Positions 1-10,209 of a DNA stretch of 64,000 nucleotides are shown in pieces. How positions within the stretch are numbered: position 1 is the stretch's first letter; the number at the start of each line of letters is the position of its first letter. The position numbers were made by a program, and so were the translations under genes. This DNA comes from Candidatus Woesearchaeota archaeon. GTDB taxonomy: Archaea > Nanobdellota > Nanobdellia > Woesearchaeales > JAZDKJ01. The notes beneath the pieces were generated by a model. The model did not search any database. It was not told the origin of the DNA and saw only the letters and a list, made by a program, of their open reading frames with translations. The stretch lies in contig JAZDKJ010000008.1 of NCBI GenBank assembly GCA_043803105.1, positions 96,001-160,000 on the forward strand, in the 5' to 3' direction.

Positions 1-11
1 TTGAGCTCTAT

Positions 12-506
12 ATGACCATTAATCCGGGGCTTACAATAATGGACGCAGTCATAGGGATGGAAGGAGCAGGGCCTGGCCAGGGCAAGCCAAAATACCTTGG
101 CATGGTGATAGCAGGGGATGATGCACTTGCAGTAGACCAAGAGGCAGCAAGGATAGTGGGACTGGAAAAAGCGCCGATGTTTGAGGTGGCAAAAGAAAGA
201 GGATTAGTTGCAACATATGAGGTAACTGGCGACAAAGTGGCAAGGCAAATGATTGAGCCAGCGGATGGTGTCATATCATCCCTAAGACACAGGCTCTTTG
301 ACATTCGCGCAGGCCTGACGCGCAGGATAACAAAGCCTGTGGTGGGAGATGAATGCACAGGATGCGAGGAATGCAAGAGGATATGTCCTGTGCATGCAAT
401 AAACGTTAAGAAGAAGGCAGAGATAGACTACAGCAAATGCATCAAATGCTTTTGCTGCTATGAGGTCTGCTCATATGATGCGATAAAGCTTCAGAGGTTC
501 AAATGA
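12..506 (+). CDS. DUF362-family protein with C-terminal 2x[4Fe-4S] ferredoxin domain (probably 5'-truncated by window edge)
   Basis: DAVIGMEGAGP...DALAVD DUF362-like motif; CTGCEECKRICP and CIKCFCCYEVC ferredoxin motifs. Confidence 0.8.
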   Translation: MTINPGLTIMDAVIGMEGAGPGQGKPKYLGMVIAGDDALAVDQEAARIVGLEKAPMFEVAKERGLVATYEVTGDKVARQMIEPADGVISSLRHRLFDIRAGLTRRITKPVVGDECTGCEECKRICPVHAINVKKKAEIDYSKCIKCFCCYEVCSYDAIKLQRFK

Positions 507-664
507 GATTGCTACAGATAGTATCATTGGTGCTTGCAGTTGTTATGGTGTTAGGGTTGACGCTTATGGCCCTAGGCAAAATAACACCACTCCAGTTCTG
601 GCTGACTGCAATAATCATTGCGCTGATTGCCTATGGGATTCTACCAAGGATTAAGAAACCCTAA
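503..664 (+). CDS. small two-TM membrane protein (53 aa, not in ORF track)
   Basis: ATG overlaps upstream TGA (ATGA); MRLLQIVSLVLAVVMVLGLTLMALGKITPLQFWLTAIIIALIAYGILPRIKKP. Confidence 0.65.
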   Translation: MRLLQIVSLVLAVVMVLGLTLMALGKITPLQFWLTAIIIALIAYGILPRIKKP

Positions 665-702
665 GGGAAACGTTTTAAAACATAATAGAAACAACACTGC
701 AA

Positions 703-1278
703 ATGGGGGAGCTTTTAACAATCTACAGGAACAACCTGTTTTTTGCAGCTGATAAAAAACTCAGGTCTGAAAAACAGGTTATTGAATATGTTGCGCTCGT
801 CGCCGCAAAATTTATCCCAATGGACAAGGATATGCTGTTGCAGGAATATGATTCCTTGCCTAAGAACTACAAGCGATTCATCAGATACCAAGACAAGTTG
901 GCAACATATTCTGCGGTAAAAGAGATTGCTGACCTTGCGCTCTTTATCATCGGCTCATTTCCCGATGAGAGGACAGTAAGCAAGACCGGCACTTCGCTTC
1001 AAGGGCATTTGAGGTTTGGCAAATTTCTGTATGAGCGGACCTTGTACTATGGGCAGGTTATCATGATAAACGGGGAGCAGATGCAAGTGTACAGCAAGAT
1101 GGCGGATAACTATAGGAAGATATCTCTTCTGATGTACAAAGTCAAGCAGAGCATAAACTACATTATCCCGTCTGTAACAATAGAGAGTCTTGATGAGATG
1201 ACTGTTGCGTTTGGCCAGGAATTTCCAGAGCAGTTGTTGGGGAAGAAGCCCGTAGGTTTATTGAGAGTCATAAAATAG
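703..1278 (+). CDS. hypothetical protein
   Basis: 191-aa ORF with upstream AT-rich TATA-like box; no motif recognised. Confidence 0.6.
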   Translation: MGELLTIYRNNLFFAADKKLRSEKQVIEYVALVAAKFIPMDKDMLLQEYDSLPKNYKRFIRYQDKLATYSAVKEIADLALFIIGSFPDERTVSKTGTSLQGHLRFGKFLYERTLYYGQVIMINGEQMQVYSKMADNYRKISLLMYKVKQSINYIIPSVTIESLDEMTVAFGQEFPEQLLGKKPVGLLRVIK

Positions 1279-1429
1279 TTATCTTTAAATAAATAACAAG
1301 CTTAACATTCTCCAATGAGCATTGGTTCGTTAATCATTTCTATCATCATTATTTAGTTAGGCCTCTCTCGGCCAGGGCAAAGCAGCATGATAGAAATATA
1401 TATAAAGCAAGCAGGAAGAACTGAGCACA

Positions 1430-4400
1430 ATGGAAAAGTCATACGATTTCAAGAGTGTTGAGGAAGAGGTAATGGAATTCTGGAAGAAAAGCAAGACTTA
1501 CCAGAATGCGAAGAAAAAGCTCAAGGGAAAAAAGCAATTCTATTTCCTTGACGGGCCACCCTACACCTCAGGAAGGGTGCACATAGGGACAGCATGGAAC
1601 AAGAGCCTAAAGGACACGATCCTTAGGTACAAGCGAATGCAGGGCTTTGATGCCTGGGATCGAGCAGGCTATGACATGCACGGAATGCCAACAGAGCAAG
1701 GGGTTGAAAGAGAGCTAGGAATAAAATTCAAAGAGGACATCCCGAAATTCGGAGTGGACAAGTTTGTCAAGGCCTGTAAAGAATTCTCGATAAGGAACAT
1801 GAACCTGATGAACAAGGACTTCCAGCGCCTGGGAGTTTGGATGGACTTTGAAAACGCATACCAGCCAATCGACCCAAAATATATAGAAGGTGAGTGGTGG
1901 CTGATAGCGCAGGCGCACAAGAACAAAAGGCTGTACGAAGGGGAAAAAACAATGCACTGGTGCGCAAAAGACGGCACAGCGCTTGCAAAACACGAACTTG
2001 AATACAAGCTGGTAACTGAAGACTCAATATTCATAAAGTTTCCAGTGGTGGGAAAGAACAAGGAGTTTCTCATAATCTGGACAACAACTCCATGGACAAT
2101 ACCCTTCAACTTAGGCGTGATGGTCAACCCAGAACTTGAGTATGTAAGGGCAAAGGTGGGGGATGAAGTATGGATCATAGCAAAAAGGCTTGTGGCAGCT
2201 GTGGTACAGTCAGTAGCAGACAAGCAATACAAGATAATTGAGGAGTTCACAGGAGACAAGCTTGCGGGAACAAAGTACATGCATCCTTTCTATGAGGAAA
2301 TAAGCGAATTCAAGGAGCTTGAAAAGAAGTCTGACAAATTATTCACTGTTGTATTGAGCTCAGAATATGTAGACCTTTCTGCAGGCTCTGGGTTAGTACA
2401 CATGGCGCCAGGATGCGGGCCAGAGGACTATGAGGTGGGCTATCGCGAGGGCATACCTCCATTTAACAACCTGACAGAATCAGGCATTTTCCCAAAAAGC
2501 ATGGGAAGATTTGCTGGCTTGAAAGCAAAAAAAGACGATGCACAATTCATCAAGGCATTAGAAGAAAAGGGCTACCTAATTGCAACCACGAAGGTGGAGC
2601 ACGATTATGCGCACTGCTGGCGATGCAAAAGCCCAGTCATATTCAGGACAACAAAACAATGGTTCTTCAAGGTGGAGGACATGATCCCTGAGATGAGAGA
2701 GCTAAACAAGAAAATCTATTGGATGCCTGACTATGCAGGAAGCAGGCAGTTTGACTCATGGCTCGCAAACTTGAGAGACAACGGGATAACAAGACAAAGG
2801 TTTTGGGGGACGCCATTGCCTGTATGGAGATGCGAGAAGTGCCAGAAATATGTTGTCATAGGTTCACTGAAAGAATTGCAGAAACATGCTGGAAAAATAC
2901 CTGAAGACCTACACAAGCCATGGATAGATGAGGTAGAGTGGAAATGCAAGTGCTCAGGAACGATGAAAAGAGTACCTGACATACTAGATGTATGGATAGA
3001 CGCGGGTTCGGCATCATGGAACTGCCTTGGGTTTCCGCAGAAAAAAGCACTGTTCAAGAAATTGTTCCCTGCAGACTTCATACTTGAAGGAATCGACCAG
3101 ATAAGGGGATGGTTCAACCTCTTGTTTGTTGCCTCCATGGTATCAATGCACAAACCATCATTCAAGGCAGTTTACATGCACGGGTTTGTCCAGGATTCAC
3201 AAGGAAGGAAGATGTCAAAATCTTTGGGCAACTATATATTACCGGAAGAGGTTGTCGGAAAATACGGCGCAGACACTCTACGGTTCTACATGATAGGAGG
3301 GACAAACCCTGGGCTTGACTTGAACTACAATTTCGAGGACATGCAAATAAAGTCAAGAAACATCTCAGTATTGTGGAACCTACATAACTTCCTGATTGAT
3401 TATGTGCATACGAACGGAATAAAACAACTAACTGGCAAGCCAAGCCTGTCAATAGAAGAGGAATACATCATCTCAAAATCAAACAATGCTGTAAAGAAAG
3501 CGACAGAGGCTATGGAGGCGTACAGGCTAAACGAAGTACCGTGGATAGTGGAAGGATTATTCCTCGAATTATCAAGGGGATATATCCAGATGGTAAGGGA
3601 GAAGTCTTCTTCAGGAACAGAAGAGGAGAAGATGGCTGTTGCCTACACAATCTATCGTGTGCTTTTTGATGCAATGAGACTGCTTTCGATAATCTGCCCG
3701 TTCATAACAGAAAAAATGTACCAGAACATCAAGCACGAATTCAAGCTAAATGAAAAGAGTATACATCATGAGAAATGGCCTGGCTATATTGAGAAGGAGA
3801 TAGACCAAGAACTGGAAGAGCAGATGGAAACAACACAGAACATAATACAAGCAGTGCTCAGGGCAAGAGAGCAGGCAAAACTAGGGGTAAGATGGCCACT
3901 AGCTGAGGCAATAATAATCACAAAGGACGCAAAAACCAAGGAAGCATCAGAACGGACAGAAGAGGTGCTAAGGAAAATAACAAACATCAAGAAAATAATT
4001 GTGAAGGAGAATTTTGAAGGAACCAAGGCAAGCATAAAGCCAGAATACAAAACCATAGGGCCAGAATTCGGTGCAATGGCACCAAGCATAATAGCCAAGA
4101 TACTGTCAGAAAGCCCGGAAACCGTAATAAGCCATATTGAGAAAGATGGAAGATTCATGCTAAAACTGGATGGAAAAGAGGTTGCAGTAAGAAAAGAGCA
4201 CCTGATAATAACAAGAACTGTACCAGAGCCATACATTGAAGCAGAATTCAAGAACGGAAGAATCTACATAAACACAAGGCTGAACAGGGAGCTTGAGGCT
4301 GAGGGATATGCAAGAGAGATAACCAGAAGGGTGCAGCAGTTAAGAAAGGAAGCGGGGCTAAATAAGACAGACACCATAACGCTTGAGATTGTTAGTGACG

Positions 4401-4555
4401 AAGCTATCAAGGAAATGATCTCAGGATGGCAGCAACATATCAAGGATAGGGTAGGTGCTTCGAAAGTTGAATTCTCAAAAACTGGTCAAAAGCACATCGC
4501 AGAGAAAAAGGAAAAGATAAGGGAGCATGAGATAGAAATATTCATCAGCAAATAG
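1430..4555 (+). CDS. ileS: isoleucyl-tRNA synthetase
   Basis: DGPPY, HIGT (HIGH-like), WTTTPWT, EGIDQIRGWF and KMSKS motifs; 1041 aa. Confidence 0.97.
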   Translation: MEKSYDFKSVEEEVMEFWKKSKTYQNAKKKLKGKKQFYFLDGPPYTSGRVHIGTAWNKSLKDTILRYKRMQGFDAWDRAGYDMHGMPTEQGVERELGIKFKEDIPKFGVDKFVKACKEFSIRNMNLMNKDFQRLGVWMDFENAYQPIDPKYIEGEWWLIAQAHKNKRLYEGEKTMHWCAKDGTALAKHELEYKLVTEDSIFIKFPVVGKNKEFLIIWTTTPWTIPFNLGVMVNPELEYVRAKVGDEVWIIAKRLVAAVVQSVADKQYKIIEEFTGDKLAGTKYMHPFYEEISEFKELEKKSDKLFTVVLSSEYVDLSAGSGLVHMAPGCGPEDYEVGYREGIPPFNNLTESGIFPKSMGRFAGLKAKKDDAQFIKALEEKGYLIATTKVEHDYAHCWRCKSPVIFRTTKQWFFKVEDMIPEMRELNKKIYWMPDYAGSRQFDSWLANLRDNGITRQRFWGTPLPVWRCEKCQKYVVIGSLKELQKHAGKIPEDLHKPWIDEVEWKCKCSGTMKRVPDILDVWIDAGSASWNCLGFPQKKALFKKLFPADFILEGIDQIRGWFNLLFVASMVSMHKPSFKAVYMHGFVQDSQGRKMSKSLGNYILPEEVVGKYGADTLRFYMIGGTNPGLDLNYNFEDMQIKSRNISVLWNLHNFLIDYVHTNGIKQLTGKPSLSIEEEYIISKSNNAVKKATEAMEAYRLNEVPWIVEGLFLELSRGYIQMVREKSSSGTEEEKMAVAYTIYRVLFDAMRLLSIICPFITEKMYQNIKHEFKLNEKSIHHEKWPGYIEKEIDQELEEQMETTQNIIQAVLRAREQAKLGVRWPLAEAIIITKDAKTKEASERTEEVLRKITNIKKIIVKENFEGTKASIKPEYKTIGPEFGAMAPSIIAKILSESPETVISHIEKDGRFMLKLDGKEVAVRKEHLIITRTVPEPYIEAEFKNGRIYINTRLNRELEAEGYAREITRRVQQLRKEAGLNKTDTITLEIVSDEAIKEMISGWQQHIKDRVGASKVEFSKTGQKHIAEKKEKIREHEIEIFISK

Positions 4556-4616
4556 GAGTTCTACAGCTTGCCAAAACAAATCCAGCGAAAACTATATAAA
4601 CTAAGCTTTGACAGGA

Positions 4617-5078
4617 ATGTCCATGAGGACAATAGCACTCTGGATTGCATTGCTTCTCATTCTAACGCCTTTATGCATGGCAATCGATATTCCTCCACTT
4701 GCCAGTGTTATGGAGGGCTACAACTCAAACATAGACAATGTGCCTGGCTTTGTAAAGAGCATAATAGGGACAGAACGGATCAATTGTCATATCTCGCTGG
4801 ATGACGGCAGCACACTAAACGTAATGGCAACAAGCTCTAAAGGAAAGCTTGAGAGCCTTGACTTTGGCGAGCTTGAGAATGCAACAATGATTGTGAAGAC
4901 AAGCGAGGCGACTATCAGCAAGATAACAAGCGCAGACAACCCCATAACTGAGCTGAAGAAAGCGCTCTCGGACAAAGAGATAACTTATGAGCCTCAAGGC
5001 TTTATGAAAAAAGTCAAGTGGGGATTTGTGTCATTTGCGCTCAAGTTCTCTGTATGGTTTGGGTTTAAGCGAAAATGA
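4617..5078 (+). CDS. secreted/membrane-anchored hypothetical protein
   Basis: N-terminal hydrophobic signal IALWIALLLILTPLCMA. Confidence 0.65.
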   Translation: MSMRTIALWIALLLILTPLCMAIDIPPLASVMEGYNSNIDNVPGFVKSIIGTERINCHISLDDGSTLNVMATSSKGKLESLDFGELENATMIVKTSEATISKITSADNPITELKKALSDKEITYEPQGFMKKVKWGFVSFALKFSVWFGFKRK

Positions 5079-5515
5079 AGAAAGTCTCAAGAGACACTCC
5101 GCTTGCAGAAATCACATTACGCAAGTACGAGAAGCCATTTGGATTGAAAGGAAGAGAACTGGTGAGAAAACTCTGCCTATCAATAGGATTATTACAGCCA
5201 GGAGACTCAAGAGACATAATCGTTGACATCTTCCATGTGCTGTTGAAAAGCAAGAAAGAGCTTACTTCCAAGGAGATAGAGGAGTTGGTGATTGCATCTA
5301 GGAAAAAGCACAAGCTGGCTTTGCATGGCATAGCATCATCAAATATCAGGAGGCAGCTAAAAAGGCTAAAAGACCTTTTCCTAATCGAGAGCGTAATGAA
5401 CAAGTACAGGATTACAGAAAAGGCAAGACTTCGGGAAATATTTGCGGAGAAGATCGAGAAGTATTACCTTCAGAGCATTGTCTCAAGAGTGAAGGAGTAT
5501 TTCGACCAATTCTAG
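5075..5515 (+). CDS. winged-HTH-like putative transcriptional regulator
   Basis: ELTSKEIEE...SSNIRRQLKRLKDLFLIE...YRI wHTH pattern; ATGA-coupled to upstream gene. Confidence 0.65.
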   Translation: MKKVSRDTPLAEITLRKYEKPFGLKGRELVRKLCLSIGLLQPGDSRDIIVDIFHVLLKSKKELTSKEIEELVIASRKKHKLALHGIASSNIRRQLKRLKDLFLIESVMNKYRITEKARLREIFAEKIEKYYLQSIVSRVKEYFDQF

Positions 5516-6368
5516 CGGCCTTGTCCATACCTGCGCTGTAGGCAAGGTCCAAGACAGTCTGGACATAGACATCCCAGTGATTATAGCCAAAGACAGCACC
5601 CTCAAGGCTGCCGTAAATCACGCTGTGCTGCGATAAGTAATTAGCAGCAGACATAATGCAATCAGCCATGTCATAGACATTATTGCCTACAAACCAGGTG
5701 TTAAGAGAGGTTGGAATAAACTGAGCATGACCTATGGCCGCGGCATGACTGGATTTCAAGGCCTTTGGATGAATCCTCTTTTTCATGGTGAATGTTGCCA
5801 AGCCTGCCAATTGCTTTGCTGCCCATTCTGCGCGATCATCCTCTGCAGTCCTGTAGAGTGAAACAAGCACACCTGCAGGCTCTAATTTTCCTGGATAGGC
5901 GCCAAATGAAGACTCGATGCCAATAACTGCCGAAGTCAGCTCCTTTGGAACTACGTATTCTTGAACTGACTTGTCCAGCCAATATGAATTATTATACATA
6001 AACCTGTGAATCTCTTTGCATTTTGTATCAAAACCTGTCCTTCTCTTGTAATCAGCGACTGAGGCTTCAAGTATCTGGGTTCTTTTCTCTGGAGACAATC
6101 GCTCATAAAATTTTCGGACACTTTCCTTTTTCTCGCTGGTTGGAAACAGATTGCTAATCTTTGGGTAAAACCTGGCATCTTTGACTACAGGACGGACGTC
6201 AATACCTTGCTCAGATAATTTCTCAACAAGAGAATCGACAGACCTATCACAGGAAGGATATTGTGATGTGCTGGTCCCTGTGGCAAGACCGAAGTTGGGG
6301 CTGAGCACACTAACTGCCAGTACCTTGATAGCACCGCTGACAAACTGCTTGCGAGTAAGATCATTCAT
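5412..6368 (-). CDS. MltB-like lytic murein transglycosylase (SLT_2) with Tat-like N-terminus
   Basis: IGIESSFG (catalytic Glu), SSHAAAIGHAQFIPTS, SAANYL and YNHWDVYVQTVLDLA match MltB family motifs; N-terminal TRKQF followed by hydrophobic stretch. Confidence 0.85.
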   Translation of the reverse strand: MNDLTRKQFVSGAIKVLAVSVLSPNFGLATGTSTSQYPSCDRSVDSLVEKLSEQGIDVRPVVKDARFYPKISNLFPTSEKKESVRKFYERLSPEKRTQILEASVADYKRRTGFDTKCKEIHRFMYNNSYWLDKSVQEYVVPKELTSAVIGIESSFGAYPGKLEPAGVLVSLYRTAEDDRAEWAAKQLAGLATFTMKKRIHPKALKSSHAAAIGHAQFIPTSLNTWFVGNNVYDMADCIMSAANYLSQHSVIYGSLEGAVFGYNHWDVYVQTVLDLAYSAGMDKAARIGRNTPSLLRQCSEGNTSRSSPQIFPEVLPFL

Positions 6369-6491
6369 GTCGCAGGCATTTGCACAGTGATTTATAAAGA
6401 TTACTATTTATAGTCTCTAAAAAGTAGTGATTATTTCAAGGCAGGGGGCTTTAACATCATTTTTAAATACCGGAATCAAGTAAGCAGCAAA

Positions 6492-7655
6492 ATGGGATAC
6501 GAACCGCAAGAGGATTCTTTTCTACTACAGAAATATGTAAAGAAATTTGCAAAGGGCGTTGTGCTTGACATGGGCACAGGGTCTGGAATACAGGCAAATG
6601 CTGCAGCAAGTAGGGCAAAAAAAGTTATTGCTGTGGATAAAGATAAAGAAGTGATAAAGCAATTAAATAAATCAAACACAAATAAGAAAATCACTTATCA
6701 CGAAAGCGATCTTTTTAGCTGCTTCAAAAAAGTGCATTGTGGCAGGTTTGACACCATAATATTCAATCCACCTTACCTGCCAAGGGAGGGGTCTGAAGAT
6801 TTGGCACTAGACGGAGGCAGGAAAGGTTAGGAGATTATTGAGAGGTTCTTGAACGCTGCAACAGGATTCCTAAAGCCTAAAGGCAAGATAATCATGGTAT
6901 TCTCATCACTGACAAATCAGGAGCGGATAAACAGGATAATCAAGGCAAACATGATGGAATACAAGCAACTTGAGGAGCAGCATATTTTCTTTGAGAGCAT
7001 TTATGTTTATTTGGCATACAAATCACAGCTTCTGAATCAACTCGAAGCAAAGGGAGTAAGAGCAATCAAATACCTTGCTCAAGGTAAAAGAGGAGTGGTC
7101 TACACAGGAGTATACAAAGGAACAAAGGTGGCAATCAAAACAAAAAAAGCTGGGAGCAAGGCAGAAGGAGCGATGGCAAACGAGGCAAGAATGCTTAAAG
7201 CAATAAACAAGCAAGGAATCGGGCCAAGGTTTAGATTTAGCGGAAAGGAATATCTTGTATATGAATTTGTGGAAGGTGAGTTCTTTATTGACTTTATTGG
7301 CCACAAGAAGAGAGCGCAGATTGTCAAGGTTATCAGAGAAATCTTTTCCCAGCTGTATAAACTTGACCAGATGCACATCAACAAGGAAGAGATGTCAAGG
7401 CCAAGAAAACACATAATAGTTGGAAACGATCGTGCAGTGCTAATAGACTTTGAAAGGGCAAGAAAGACAGAAAAGCCATCAAATGTAACACAGTTCTGCA
7501 GCTTCCTGATATCGAACTATATTGCGAGCACATTGAAAAAACAAGGAATAAACATCGATAGGGAGCGGCTTATCAGAGCAGCACAATCGTACAAGGAAAA
7601 GCTTGATAAGGGTTCATGGTCTTCTGTGCTGCATGAAATTGATGGAACAGCCTGA
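6492..7655 (+). pseudogene. HemK2/Mtq2-type protein methyltransferase fused to RIO/Bud32-like kinase, interrupted by one in-frame TAG (6828-6830)
   Basis: YEPQEDS, VLDMGTGSG and NPPY, then DGGRKG*EIIERFL continuing in the same frame; kinase motifs GKRGVV, VAIK, IDFE. Confidence 0.75.
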
Positions 7656-7872
7656 TCACGCAATAGAAATCCCGGTAAGAGCGAGCAGACAAATCAAAGA
7701 GCTTGGGCAATTTGTGGCAGAGATGCAGCAGCTTGCACCAAAGGCAGAAGATGTAATATTTGCCAAGGCAATGGACATCTTAGGCCAGGTTTCTGCAGGA
7801 GAATTTGCAGAGGCATTAGATTATGCAAAACTTCAATCAAAAAGTTTGGGATATAACCAAAAAGATTCCTAA
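7642..7872 (+). CDS. small hypothetical protein
   Basis: ORF between kinase and MGMT genes, overlapping both. Confidence 0.45.
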   Translation: MEQPDHAIEIPVRASRQIKELGQFVAEMQQLAPKAEDVIFAKAMDILGQVSAGEFAEALDYAKLQSKSLGYNQKDS

Positions 7873-8122
7873 AGGGAGAGTCAGCACTTACAAAGCGATA
7901 GCCCAGGCGCTAGGTACTAAAGCGTACAGGGCTGTTGGCAATGCTCTGAACAAAAACCCTTACGCTCCTATAGTTCCATGCCATCGGGTCATAAGGAGCG
8001 ATGGCCTAGTGGGAGGATTTGCATCAGGCAACAGAAGGAAGATGCAAATGCTAAAAACAGAGGGAATAAATATATCAAATGGCAGGATAGAATTGAAGAA
8101 GTATTTCTTAAAAATTCGCTGA
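7823..8122 (+). CDS. ogt: O6-methylguanine-DNA methyltransferase (C-terminal domain only)
   Basis: IPKGRVSTY, RAVGNAL and PCHRV active site. Confidence 0.9.
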   Translation: MQNFNQKVWDITKKIPKGRVSTYKAIAQALGTKAYRAVGNALNKNPYAPIVPCHRVIRSDGLVGGFASGNRRKMQMLKTEGINISNGRIELKKYFLKIR

Positions 8123-8140
8123 TATACCACCGCAGAAAAA

Positions 8141-9073
8141 CTATCTTGCCTTGGTGCCCTTCTTTTTCTTAATCTTCTTGATATCCTTCTCAAGGTCAAG
8201 CTCTTCAAGCAATTCCTTGTAACGGTTCCTAATGGTTACTTCTGTGACACCTGCAACATCTGCAACCTCTCTTTGGGTGCGTTTCTCGCCGTGAATCAGG
8301 GCAGAAACATACAAGGCAGCAGCGGCAATTCCGGTCGGACCCCTACCAGAGGTTAATTCTGCTTTTTGGGCCTGCTCGAGAATCTCAACAGACTTTGACT
8401 GGGTCTCAGCAGAAAGCTTGAGCGAAGAGGAAAACCTTGCAATATAATCAACAGGATTGGAAGGCAAAATGGTTATGCCAAGCTCTCGTGTTACAAAGCG
8501 ATAAGTCCTACCAATCTCCTTCTTCTCAATACCAGATGCCTCAGAGAGCTCATCTAAAGTCCTTGGCACTTCATGCCTTCTGCAGGCAGCATAAAGAGCT
8601 CCTGCGACAACAGATTCCATGGAACGGCCTCTAACAAGACCTCTTTGGACTGCAAGGGTGTAAATCCTCGCAGACTCTTCTTCAACAGACTTTGGAAGCT
8701 TAAGATAAGAGGAAGCTCTTTTTAACTCTGCCAAAGCGAGCTTGAGGTTTCTCTCAATTGCTGTGGAGATCCTATACTGCCATTTCCTTAGCCTGAAGAA
8801 CTTGTTCCTGTCCTTTGAGCCAAGCTGGTAAAAGTCAGCCTTTTGGCCAACCTCTGTGCCAAGGCCCTGGTCATACTGGGTATAGGTCATTGGGGCGCCT
8901 GTACGCCTTCTGGACTCATCACCCTCAGAATCAAACTCGCGCCACTCCTGGCCGAAGTCAACCATCTTGTCTTCAATAACCAGGCCGCAATCCTTGCAAA
9001 TAATCTCGCCTTTATCTCTATTCAGAAACAGATTGATACCACCGCATTCCGGACATTTCTTAACGTACTGCAT
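8141..9073 (-). CDS. tfb: transcription initiation factor IIB
   Basis: CPECG/CKDCG Zn ribbon, EWREF B-reader, cyclin repeats, GVTEVTIRNRYKEL. Confidence 0.97.
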   Translation of the reverse strand: MQYVKKCPECGGINLFLNRDKGEIICKDCGLVIEDKMVDFGQEWREFDSEGDESRRRTGAPMTYTQYDQGLGTEVGQKADFYQLGSKDRNKFFRLRKWQYRISTAIERNLKLALAELKRASSYLKLPKSVEEESARIYTLAVQRGLVRGRSMESVVAGALYAACRRHEVPRTLDELSEASGIEKKEIGRTYRFVTRELGITILPSNPVDYIARFSSSLKLSAETQSKSVEILEQAQKAELTSGRGPTGIAAAALYVSALIHGEKRTQREVADVAGVTEVTIRNRYKELLEELDLEKDIKKIKKKKGTKAR

Positions 9074-9260
9074 TTTCTAGTATGAGAACACGCTTTAAAC
9101 TCTCATACACCCCCCGAAAAATCGCTTTACTGTTAGTTAATGAATCGCAATGTTTAAAAATTGAATCTATAAGTTATATTTAAAGCTTTCCCCTCTGAGA
9201 ATTTGTCGACGGAGAAAAATAGCGAAAAATCTATAAAGGGCAGTCCTTCTGGAGAATTCG

Positions 9261-9434
9261 ATGGCAGGCAAAGAACTGTTGCCAAAAGAGCTTTACAAGA
9301 TCCTGGCATGCCCTATTGACAAAGCCAAACTAAGGTACACAAAGGACAAGAAGTTGCTAAGATGCAGCAAATGCGGGCATGTTTATGTCATCAAAGAAGG
9401 GATTCCTATACTTTTGCTACCCGGGATAAAATAG
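9261..9434 (+). CDS. trm112: Trm112-family methyltransferase activator (57 aa, not in ORF track)
   Basis: ILACPIDK...CSKCGHVYVIKEGIPILL. Confidence 0.88.
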   Translation: MAGKELLPKELYKILACPIDKAKLRYTKDKKLLRCSKCGHVYVIKEGIPILLLPGIK

Positions 9435-9502
9435 AATTTCTACCAAAAACTTCTTGTTCCAACCTAAAACTTTAAAATCAAGATATCAACAACCATGCTG
9501 TT

Positions 9503-9937
9503 ATGGATGGAACAATCGCAGCTGGCCTCCCAGTGCATGACATTCGCAGGCTTAAGTTCGGCAGTCCGGCTGAACTGGAACATCTTCTAAGGAAATATCC
9601 TCTGGATGAGAGTTTCATTGACTGGTTTAACGCAATGGGTGGCCATATAATATATTTCCATGATTGGCCTGCTGGCAAAGGATCTTGTGGTGCTTTCCGG
9701 CATATATTTCTCGGCGTTAGGGGTAAAGGGCAACTTGTTGACTTGGCATTTTGTCATGAGCTGTTACACGCAGCAGTTCCTGACCTGAGGCTTGGGGTGC
9801 TTGGTCAAATGTTTTGCCAAAAACCGAATGAACACTATGCTTACGAGCGTGTAATTGATGGTCTCGCCGAAGAATATGCCTGCAACAGGAATTATATTGG
9901 TTATGCAAAAGAAAAAATTGCCTCAGTTCTCAAATGA
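9503..9937 (+). CDS. hypothetical protein with HExxH zincin-like motif
   Basis: AFCHELLHA and downstream YERVID. Confidence 0.55.
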   Translation: MDGTIAAGLPVHDIRRLKFGSPAELEHLLRKYPLDESFIDWFNAMGGHIIYFHDWPAGKGSCGAFRHIFLGVRGKGQLVDLAFCHELLHAAVPDLRLGVLGQMFCQKPNEHYAYERVIDGLAEEYACNRNYIGYAKEKIASVLK

Positions 9938-9987
9938 ATCCTTGGTTCGAAACCTTTTTATAATCTACAGCAAGCGTTTTCTAGGAC

Positions 9988-10204
9988 GCCGCCGTGGCAC
10001 AACCTGGTACTGCGCCAGCCTTGAGAGCTGGTGGCCGAAAGGCTATCCCAGACAGCCTTTTTTGCTTCGCAAAAAAGCCTGGGGAAAGATTCCGGATATT
10101 CCGATGAGCGAGTCTTCCCGACATGCGTAAGAGCGAAATGGCTGGGGAAATTCAAATAGTCCAGAGGGAAAATCCTTCAGGATTTGAGTGTCTGGGCGGC
10201 GGCG
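9988..10204 (+). tRNA. tRNA-Ser(TGA) with two T-arm introns (~10052-10150 at 53/54; ~10157-10190 at 59/60)
   Basis: Acceptor GCCGCCG/CGGCGGC+G, anticodon arm CCAGC-CTTGAGA-GCTGG, long variable arm; T arm CCCAG-TTCAAAT-CTGGG restored after removing inserts. Confidence 0.88.
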
Positions 10205-10209
10205 TATTC

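Noticed and set aside
6828-6830. Genome-wide TAG reassignment
   Set aside because: ileS, thrS, trm112, eL41, dhs and kae1 end in TAG at plausible C-termini; only one internal TAG was noticed.
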